DNA of 57,430 bases from an uncultured bacterium. GTDB taxonomy: Bacteria; UBP14; UBA6098; B30-G16. Below, piece by piece: positions 47,488-55,900 of this stretch (position 1 is the first letter of the stretch; each line of letters opens with the position of its first letter). The DNA lies in NCBI GenBank assembly GCA_965552135.1, contig CBEVQY010000016.1, forward strand, positions 1-57,430, in the 5' to 3' direction. A program made the translations under genes and the position numbers. The notes beneath the pieces are model-generated. The model was given only the letters and a program-made list of their open reading frames with translations. It searched no databases and was not told the DNA's origin.

Positions 47488-48971
47488 CTGGCTTGCGCCC
47501 TCGCCTCCGCCGAAGCACCCTCGGGCAAAGGCTCGAGGTAAAGCTCGTTCCATATGGGGTCAAGAAGCTCCGCAAGGCGCCTGTCGTAGTCGAGCATCTT
47601 GCGGAAGTAATCCTCGTCCTCAAGGCTTTCGGCAGCGGAAGGATACAGAGGCTTTGCGCCCGTACGCTTTATTATCTCCCTTGCCGTCTCGTAATGATCC
47701 CTTATGAAGCACGGTCGGATCTCGTTGCCCCTGCAGCACGGTGGCTTGAGGTAGTTGTACGACCTTTGCCACTCGCGGACAAGCTTGAGGAGATCAGAGA
47801 ACAGGGCATCGGAAAGCCTTCTTCCGGAGGCGTAGAGGTCGTTGACGTTGTCCTTGCCGTAGGGGACGAAGGCGCAGGGGGTTATGTTGCCGTTCCAGTC
47901 GATGTAGAAGTAGCCGCCCGACCTTCCCGCCGCGATGCAGCCCGAGGCAAAGGTCCCACCGTTCCAGAAGTCGGCTATAAAGCGCCTCTCTTTCCTTAGA
48001 AGCTCCTGCTCCCTCTGCCACATCCACTTCCGGAGCTCGGGCGGGACCTGCCTTTCAACGTCAACGCCGCGACCTATCGGCATATACTGGAAGATCCACT
48101 GATAGAGCGCACCCTGTTCGTCGAAGAAGAACCTGATGAACTCGTCCGAGAGCAGGAGTTTTGCGTTTTGGGGGATTGCGGTCGTCGATATCCCGAACGG
48201 GACGCCCGCCCTGCGGAGGTTTTCGAAGGCGGCGAGGATCTTTTTAAACGTCCCTTTGCCGCGCCTGCGGTCGGTCTCCTCCTCGAAGCCCTCGACCGAT
48301 ATGGCTGGTGTGATGTTTCCGACCTCGGCGAGGCGCTCTGCGGTGCGCTCGTCGATGAGGGTGCCGTTGGTATAGACCATAAAGTACTGCTCGGGGTGTC
48401 TCCTCGCCATCTCGATGAGGTCGACCTCGCCGTCGCGCCACAAAAACGGCTCGCCGCCCGAGATGACCGTAAACCAGCTGCCCCAATCCTCGTACTTTTC
48501 GCGCAGTATCCAGTCGAAAACCTCCGCGGAGAGGGAGTTCATCTTGGACCTGAGGCTTGCGGCGTAGCAGTCGCTGCAGCTTAGGTTGCACGAGCCAGCG
48601 GGCGATATCACAAGGAAGCACGGAGGCGAAAAGCCATGCTTTTCCTCGAACCTTGTGCGCGCCTCAGCCGCCTCGGACGAGCCGATGAGGAAATGTGTGA
48701 GGAAAAGCCCGATGAGCTTGTCCTTCACCGCAGGAGCACCGCGGTCGTATGCGGTAAAAAGCGCCCGCAGGAGGTTTGTGGCGATGTAGAACTTGTCCTC
48801 GCGCTCCCTGCGGGGACCCATCCCCAAAGGGTCCCCTTCGTCGACCATAAGCCTGTAGGCTTTTCGCTCGAGCGCCGGCAAAACCAGTCGCCACATCTTC
48901 AGCGTGCTCGAGATGTTTGCAAGCTGCTTTGCCAGAAAGTCTTTGAGCCCCGTGTTCTTCGCGTTCGGCAT
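47484..48971 (-). CDS. Radical SAM protein with a SPASM/twitch-like C-terminal region
   Basis: CNLSCSDC, SGGEP, YTNGTL, GCIAAGR...GNITPC and RPCFIRD. Confidence 0.9.
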   Translation of the reverse strand: MPNAKNTGLKDFLAKQLANISSTLKMWRLVLPALERKAYRLMVDEGDPLGMGPRREREDKFYIATNLLRALFTAYDRGAPAVKDKLIGLFLTHFLIGSSEAAEARTRFEEKHGFSPPCFLVISPAGSCNLSCSDCYAASLRSKMNSLSAEVFDWILREKYEDWGSWFTVISGGEPFLWRDGEVDLIEMARRHPEQYFMVYTNGTLIDERTAERLAEVGNITPAISVEGFEEETDRRRGKGTFKKILAAFENLRRAGVPFGISTTAIPQNAKLLLSDEFIRFFFDEQGALYQWIFQYMPIGRGVDVERQVPPELRKWMWQREQELLRKERRFIADFWNGGTFASGCIAAGRSGGYFYIDWNGNITPCAFVPYGKDNVNDLYASGRRLSDALFSDLLKLVREWQRSYNYLKPPCCRGNEIRPCFIRDHYETAREIIKRTGAKPLYPSAAESLEDEDYFRKMLDYDRRLAELLDPIWNELYLEPLPEGASAEARAQAS

Positions 48972-48993
48972 TGCCTTACCTCCTGCTTAAGGT

Positions 48994-49563
48994 CTACTTT
49001 GCCTCCATCCCACCGAACAAAAGGTCAACGAGGGTTTTTACCTGTTCTTTCTGCCTTCGCAGTTCGCGTTTGAGCTCAAAGCTTTTGACCGCCGCCACGA
49101 TCGCCTTTGCCGCAGCCTCGACGTCGCGCAGGATGAGGGCTCCGCGCCTTACGCCCTCGTCGAGAACGGACTTTATCATCTCGACCTCCGCCGCAAGCTC
49201 GGCTTCCTTGGCTGCACGAACCGCCGAAAGGTGCTCGAGCTGCTCGTCGAGGAGGGCACTTGCGGCGTTCGCAAGGCGCTCTAAAGCATCAAGCTTCGTC
49301 AAAACGAACCGCTTGAGCTTCTCCCTCGGGTTGTCCTCACCCTCAATTACGCTCCTGAGCTCCGAAAGCAGGGCTTCAAGCTCGCGCTCAACCACAGCGC
49401 GAAATATGTCCTCCTTGCTCTTGAAGTAATGATAGATCGAAGCCTTTCCCATTTTCGCCGCGGCGGCGATGTCGTCCACCGTCGTCTTTGTGAACCCCAA
49501 CCGCGCGAAAAGCTCCTGCGCCACACCGATTATGGCATCCCGCCTCTGATGCCACCTCGACAT
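48994..49563 (-). CDS. TetR/AcrR family transcriptional regulator
   Basis: GFTKTTVDDIA..AKMGKASIYHYFKSKEDI; RBS GGAGGAG before ATG 49563. Confidence 0.93.
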   Translation of the reverse strand: MSRWHQRRDAIIGVAQELFARLGFTKTTVDDIAAAAKMGKASIYHYFKSKEDIFRAVVERELEALLSELRSVIEGEDNPREKLKRFVLTKLDALERLANAASALLDEQLEHLSAVRAAKEAELAAEVEMIKSVLDEGVRRGALILRDVEAAAKAIVAAVKSFELKRELRRQKEQVKTLVDLLFGGMEAK

Positions 49564-49687
49564 CGTCTCCTCCGAATTTTCGACCAAATCGTTCCTTTGT
49601 TCGAAAATAGCCCAATCCGCGCCCGTGTCAAGAACTTTTTTCATTTGGGGTTGACCAAGCTTTGGGCGCGTGTTTCTTAGAGTTGCT

Positions 49688-50497
49688 ATGCACAGGGTCC
49701 TCTTTAGGATAGGGCGCTTTTCGCTCCACAGCTGGGGCGTTATGGTGGCTTTTGGTTTTTTCGTTGGTCTTTTGGCGGCTCTGCGGCGAGCCAAAAAGGC
49801 TGGCTTCCCGCAGAAGCACATATACGACCTGGCGGTCGTTCTGATCATAGCCGCCATAGCCGGCTCAAGGCTTTGGTACGTTGCGACCCACATCGACGAG
49901 TTTAGGGGGCACTGGCTCGACGTAATAAATCCCTTCCAAGGGGGAAGCTTTGGCATCGCAGGGATGGCTATGGTTGGCGGCGTTTTTTGCGCCGTGATAA
50001 GCGCAGCGGTCTTTTGTGCCGTAAAGAGGATAAACTTCTGGCAGATAGCCGATATCGTTGCGCCCACCTTCCTTTTGGGGATGTTCTTCGGCAGGTGGGG
50101 CTGCTTTCTCAACGGGTGCTGCTTCGGAAGACCGACGAGCCTGCCGTGGGGCGTCGTCTTCCCGCCGGGAAGCCCCGCAGGAAACACCTTCCCCGGCGTG
50201 CGCCTGCATCCAACGCAGATCTACGAAGCACTGATAGATCTTATCTTCTTCCTCGCCGTCACCGCGTGGGAGAAGAGGGGCAAAAGGTTTTCGGGTCAAA
50301 GCTTTTGGGTGTCGTTTTTCCTTTACGGGGTTGGTCGCGCGGCAGTCGATTACTGGCGCTGGTACGAGCCGCAGGAGGTCTTCGTCCGCTACCTCGGGGG
50401 GAACCTTTCGATTCACGGCTTCATCGTCCTGTGCGTAGCGCTTTTGTGCGCCGTTATGGCGGCTTTTGGCGTGGGTGGAGGGCGCATGAGGTCCTAA
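49688..50497 (+). CDS. lgt: Prolipoprotein diacylglyceryl transferase
   Basis: GSRLWYV, G.A..GG, GRWGCFLNGCCFG and HPTQIYE. Confidence 0.93.
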   Translation: MHRVLFRIGRFSLHSWGVMVAFGFFVGLLAALRRAKKAGFPQKHIYDLAVVLIIAAIAGSRLWYVATHIDEFRGHWLDVINPFQGGSFGIAGMAMVGGVFCAVISAAVFCAVKRINFWQIADIVAPTFLLGMFFGRWGCFLNGCCFGRPTSLPWGVVFPPGSPAGNTFPGVRLHPTQIYEALIDLIFFLAVTAWEKRGKRFSGQSFWVSFFLYGVGRAAVDYWRWYEPQEVFVRYLGGNLSIHGFIVLCVALLCAVMAAFGVGGGRMRS

Positions 50498-50499
50498 AT

Positions 50500-51249
50500 A
50501 TGGCGTCTGTGGTCGAAATCCTTCGCGAGCTGTGGCACGACCTTCTCGACTTCCTGTTCCCGCCCACCTGCCTTTTGTGCGGAAGACCGAGCGACGACGC
50601 TTTGTGCGAGGTCTGCGCAGCCTCCCTCGAGGTCCTCGATGCGGGCTTTTGCCCCGTCTGCGAAGCGCCGATCAGCGCCGACCAACGCCGATGCCCAGAA
50701 GATCACGGCAAGAGGCAGTGTCCCGTGGACTTCGTTCGCCCGCTTGCGCCGTTCGACCAAAAGCACAGAAGGCTTATTCACATGCTCAAGTACTACGGCG
50801 CCTCGGACGTTGCCCGCCTTTTCGGACGCAGGCTGGGCGAGCTTATCCTGCGCGAGCAGCACTTCCAGGGATTCGAAGGGCTCGTCCCGGTGCCGCTGCA
50901 CGAAAAAAGACTCCGCGAAAGACGGTACAACCAAGCCGAGCTTTTGGCTCAGGCGGCTTCGGAGGTGTGCGGGCTGCCCGTGCTTCCAGTGGCAAAAAGG
51001 ATCAAAAACACACAGTCCCAAACGAAGCTTTCGGCAAGACAGAGGCGGGAGAACGTCAGGGGCGCCTTTCGCATCGACGACGTGGGGGCGGTTTCCGGCA
51101 GGATGCTTGTTGTAGTCGACGACGTCGTCACCACAGGCGCAACCACAGGCGAGCTCGCCAGAGCGCTGCTTGAAGCTGGGGCAAAAAGCGTTTGCGCCAT
51201 ATGTATCGCCCACCCGCCACTGCACGAATCGAGGGCGTTCGGCATCTGA
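50500..51249 (+). CDS. comF: ComF family protein (double Zn ribbon plus PRT fold)
   Basis: FPPTCLLC, PVPLH..R..ERRYNQA and VVDDVVTTGAT. Confidence 0.9.
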   Translation: MASVVEILRELWHDLLDFLFPPTCLLCGRPSDDALCEVCAASLEVLDAGFCPVCEAPISADQRRCPEDHGKRQCPVDFVRPLAPFDQKHRRLIHMLKYYGASDVARLFGRRLGELILREQHFQGFEGLVPVPLHEKRLRERRYNQAELLAQAASEVCGLPVLPVAKRIKNTQSQTKLSARQRRENVRGAFRIDDVGAVSGRMLVVVDDVVTTGATTGELARALLEAGAKSVCAICIAHPPLHESRAFGI

Positions 51250-51252
51250 CGG

Positions 51253-52794
51253 CTACAGCCTGTACCAAAGCGCCAGATAAAGCGCCGCATACGATAGATA
51301 TATCGCAAGCGGCACCCTCTCGTCGACCTTTTTCGCCGCAAGGATGTACGCGGCGGCAGCGGCGGCGCAGACTACCGCCAGCGCAAGCGGCGCAGCCAAA
51401 AGCACACCCGTGAAGACCGGAATGAGCGCTATCGATATCGCCGAAAGTGCGGCGCAAACCGGCTTAGCCAGCCTTTCGCCAACAAGCCCCGGGACGGTGA
51501 GCACCCCCGCGGCGCGGTCGCCGGCGACATCCTTGAGGTCCTTGGTGACGAACCCCGCCGTCACGCCGAAAACCACAGCCAAAGCAACGCCGCCCGGAAA
51601 GTCGCAAAGCCTGGAGCTTGTGAAGCCATAACCCATAAAAGCCCCCGCCAGGGACGCCAGCGCGAGCGTGAGGGTGGAGATCACAGGTATCCTTTTTGTC
51701 CTTGCAGGGGGTGCAGAGTATACGTAAGCCGCGGCGGCAAAAAGCAGCCCGAACTTAAGCACAGCCGATTTCAGCGCGCCAAGGACGACAAGCCCCAGAA
51801 CGAGCGCTCCCCACGCGAAGATCGAGGTCTCACGCGGGGATAGGATTCCCAAAGCCGTCGGGCGCGGGTTGCCCGCGATAAGGTCGCTATCCCTGTCCCA
51901 AAGGTCGTTTACGAACACCCCGAAGAACCAAAGGCACAAATACCCCACAAAAAGTGCCGCCAGATCAAAGAGGTTGAGGTAGAGAAGCTTTTCGACCCTC
52001 GTTTTGCATCCGAGCCACACGCCCAGCGCAACCATCCCGCCGTAGTGCAAAAGCCTCACCGGTCTTACGCTCATAGAGAGAGCCTTTACGTAGCGCCCAT
52101 CGAGCATCCTGAGCCAAAGCGGCGTAAGTATTGCGAGCATAAGCGAGAGTGTCGACGCCGAGCGGATGTACCTCGTCCCGACGAAGACGCCGCCGAAAGC
52201 CGACCCCACAATCCCAGCAAGCCTCCTCGACAGAAACGAGACCGACCCGGGAAAGAGCGCGAGGCTGAGGTGAAAGAGATACATCGCGCCAAAAGCCCTC
52301 CAAAGGCTTTTCCTGCGCCAGAGGACATATGCGAAGATAAGTGCGTAGATGGCGTAAAGCTCGATTCTGAGCCCGGGGGAAAGCCCGCGTCCTGGCTTGG
52401 AGAAGGGCAGGGTCAAAAATAGCGACGCCGCGGCGGCAAAGTACTGCCCAAAGCTTTCGAACTCGAGGTATCCGAGCCGCCTTCCACCACCCGAGATGAG
52501 TACATCGAGTATCGGCGCGGCGACGACGATCGCCGTTCCAAAGGTCGCTACCCGCGAGCCACGACGCGCATCCCCCACAAAGACCGAAAGCCAGAGCATC
52601 GCCAAAAGCAGGGCGACTGCCCAAAAAAGCGAGTACTGCCCAAAGAGAATCGACGCCTTAAGGAGCTTCCCCTCGCACAAAACGCACTCGATGATGTTCC
52701 GTACGGTCACGAATGCGGCAAAGTAGAGCGCAAGCGAGACAAAATCCCCCGTCTCCTCGAGGGAGGATACGAATCTTTCGATCCTTGCTTTCAC
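51253..52794 (-). CDS. UbiA-family prenyltransferase with a ~240-aa N-terminal membrane extension
   Basis: NDLWDRDSD..GNPRP, YSAPPARTKR and KDLKDVAGDR..G..T. Confidence 0.85.
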   Translation of the reverse strand: MKARIERFVSSLEETGDFVSLALYFAAFVTVRNIIECVLCEGKLLKASILFGQYSLFWAVALLLAMLWLSVFVGDARRGSRVATFGTAIVVAAPILDVLISGGGRRLGYLEFESFGQYFAAAASLFLTLPFSKPGRGLSPGLRIELYAIYALIFAYVLWRRKSLWRAFGAMYLFHLSLALFPGSVSFLSRRLAGIVGSAFGGVFVGTRYIRSASTLSLMLAILTPLWLRMLDGRYVKALSMSVRPVRLLHYGGMVALGVWLGCKTRVEKLLYLNLFDLAALFVGYLCLWFFGVFVNDLWDRDSDLIAGNPRPTALGILSPRETSIFAWGALVLGLVVLGALKSAVLKFGLLFAAAAYVYSAPPARTKRIPVISTLTLALASLAGAFMGYGFTSSRLCDFPGGVALAVVFGVTAGFVTKDLKDVAGDRAAGVLTVPGLVGERLAKPVCAALSAISIALIPVFTGVLLAAPLALAVVCAAAAAAYILAAKKVDERVPLAIYLSYAALYLALWYRL

Positions 52795-52857
52795 AACCTA
52801 AAACTTATCGCCACGCCATCTTCTCTCAAAGGAAAATCGTTGCCAAAAACAAAGCCT

Positions 52858-52885
52858 TTGACCTCGAGGGCGGGAAGGCTATTAT
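52858..52885 (+). promoter_or_regulatory. Putative sigma70-type promoter for the right giant gene
   Basis: TTGACC-N16-TATTAT, then AGGAGG and ATG 52912. Confidence 0.5.
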
Positions 52886-52911
52886 AAATTGATGTGCCGC
52901 AGGAGGGGTCG

Positions 52912-55900
52912 ATGGTGAGGAGGCTTGTCACCCTTTTTGCCGCAGTTTTTTTGCTTGAATTCGTTTTTCCGCAAACGCTTCGCCTGGGCAACGGCTACGT
53001 CGAGGTCACAGTCGACGCTGCCTCGGGCGACTTCGAGCAGGGAGCAGACCCCACAGGCGGCGGAAGCTACGACGGGATCACATTCGGCTACCCCTGGACG
53101 CCAAGCACGGAGTGGGTCATGTTCTACGTCGACGGCTACATCGCCAAAAACGAGGGCGACACCGTCGAGGCGACCTGCATCTTCTGGCCGGGCTGGTGGT
53201 GGACGGGTTCCCTCCATAACATCGACATGCCCCCCTCCGACGCAAGCTACGTGGACTTAAGCGACAGCACGATCTACGTGATATGGTACAACTGGCACGG
53301 CGTTGAGATCAGGGAGGAGCTTACGCCCGTATCTTTGGGTCCTGTGCCCGGTGCGCTTGAGCAGATCCGGTGTCGGATAGTGATGAAGCCGGTTGACGGG
53401 AGCTGTCACAGCTGCGGCGCGGCGGTGTATTACGACACCGAACTTCGCGGCTCCGACGGCGCCCCCATATCCACAGCCTTCGGATACGTTGGACACACCG
53501 AGATCTTCTTCGCCCCCAGCATTCCGCCTGTGTGGCGCGCCTACGAGGCGGGCTACCCGCCGGCGCCCGGCGACCTCGTGACGGTGGGAATCCTCACCGG
53601 CTACGAGGCTACAATGCCCGATGTGTTCTGGTACGGTCCCTGGCGCCAGGGCTTCGGCATATGGGATTTCTCGAACAACCTCGGCTGGAACACGACGCCC
53701 GGCTCCGGCGTTTGGAACGCCCTCGCCGACGCAGCCGAAGGGTTCCACGACGACACCTCGGTTCTCGTGAAGTGGAACCAGCGCACCGTATGCCCGCCCG
53801 ACTCGGCGGTGTTCGTTACGTACTACGGCATCGAGGGGGAGATGGAGATAAGCCTTTACTTCAGCCACACCCCGCCCGATATTTCGGCGGGCTGCTACGA
53901 CATCTCGCCGAACCCAGCCGACCTCGTGTTCACGATAACGAACGGCAGCACAAGCACCGCCCACAACGTCTGCCTGAGCCTTGATCTTTCCGGAAGCTCG
54001 CTTGCGCTTGTCGGAGGGGATCCGAACCCCGCCTGCTTCGGCTCCATCGCGGGCTACGGCGGAACGCAGATCGTCACGTGGCAGGTCAGCATCCCGCCAA
54101 GCGCCTACGGAACGACCCAGTGCTACACCGTGACCCTAAGCTACGACGAAGGTCCCGACAGCACCGCGACTTTCTGCATCGATGTGCCCGAGCCCACCTC
54201 GCCCGTGCTCTCTATGCCGCCCGACCAGACCGTATGCCTTGGCGACTGCGTGATGCTTGTGCCGACCGTCTCCGAGGGAACACCACCCTACAGCTACAGC
54301 TGGAGTCCGGCGGAGGGGCTCTCGTGCACAGATTGCCTGACTCCATACGCCTGCCCAACGACGACCACAACCTACGAGCTCATCGTCACCGACGCCAACG
54401 GCTGCTCGGACACCGGAACCGTCGTCGTGAACGTGGTGGAAGGGGCGGACGTAAGGTTCGTGTACCCTGACCCTTGCTTTGGCATAACAAGCTGCGCTGA
54501 TCAGGGCTGGGCGCTTGTCGTCGACTCCCTCACCTCGCTTGGGGCTGACGATACGCTGTACCTCTGGGTGAACGACTCGCTTCACGTCTACGCGGGATCC
54601 GACCTCGTCTGGCACTACTCCCCCGACAGCGGCGTTGTGATAGAGTTCGACTCGCCCGCGGTCTGGTCACACGGCGACTCGGTCGGTCTTATGGCTCAGC
54701 TCAACCACGGCGGTTGCCTGGGAGGGGTTGACAGCTGCGGCTTTCTGGTTGATCTCCTTCCGCCCGACACGGCTTTCGCAACGCCACCGCCGGGCGATAC
54801 CGTGAACGTCGCAACGCCGACGATCTCGGTGCAGCTTTCCGACAGCTTCGCGGGCATAGACCCAGCCTCGATAACTGTCACCGTTTGGGTGAACGGAACG
54901 CTTGCCGTCGGGTATACGGCGTCGTTCTCTGATCCGGTCCTTACGGTGTCGGGACTTTCCCTGCGGAGCGGCGACTCGGTCGTCGTGTGCATCGACAGCG
55001 TCTCCGACGCTCCAACGTACGACTACTGCCCGCCGAACGACACGAGCTTCTGCTGGGGCTTTTGGGTGATTATGGGGGAGGTCGTTGCGTCGCCCGTGCT
55101 GCCGCAGCCGGACTCCGTCACAGCGTGCGACGACCAGACGATAACGATCTACCTTGCCGCAACCGAGGCGCCCATAGATACGACAACGATACAGCTTTGG
55201 ATCACCTACGACCACGGGTCGGCAGAGGAGTACGTTCCGTGGGGTGATCCGAGGCTCGACTACGACACCAGCTCTTCCGAGCTTGTCTTCGACCCCGGCG
55301 GTCCGTTCTGGCTCGACGGCGATACCGTTTGCGTGAAGCTTTACGCCGAGGACATCTACGGCAATAGCCTCGACACGCTGGAGTACTGTTTCCGCACCGA
55401 CTTTTCGCCGCCTGTGCTTTGGGGCGAGCATCCGCCGGCGGACACCGTCGTCGCAGACCCGGCGCCTGTCGTGTGGTTCGGGCTTGGGGACTCCATCACA
55501 GGCGTCGCCGATACATCCCTGTGGATCTCCATCGACACAAACGGCGTGGTCATCGACACCTTCTGGTACTCGGACGGCGAGCTTATGTGGGTTTTCGACT
55601 CGGTGGCTTTTGTTCCTTCGGCGCACGGGATTTCGTTTGTGGACGGCGACACTGTTCGGGTCTGCGTTGGCGCGCACGACCGGCCGGACTACTGCGCCCC
55701 AAACGCGCTCGATACCTGCTGGAGCTTTACGGTGAGTCTGGGGGCGCCGGTGCCGGCGTACGTGCAGTATCTACCGGAAAGCTTCGTCGCCTGCGGCGAG
55801 GGGGAACAGGAGATCATTGCCACGATAGACGATCCCGACGGGGTCAACCCAGCCACGCTTGTGCTTTGGGTTATAACGTCCTCCGGTACGACGAGCTACA

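Noticed and set aside
6284..52911. tRNA, rRNA or riboswitch (FMN upstream of ribD, preQ1 upstream of queC, PyrR attenuator)
   Set aside because: The intergenic gaps are short and I could not see the conserved motifs. An Infernal/Rfam and tRNAscan run would be decisive.
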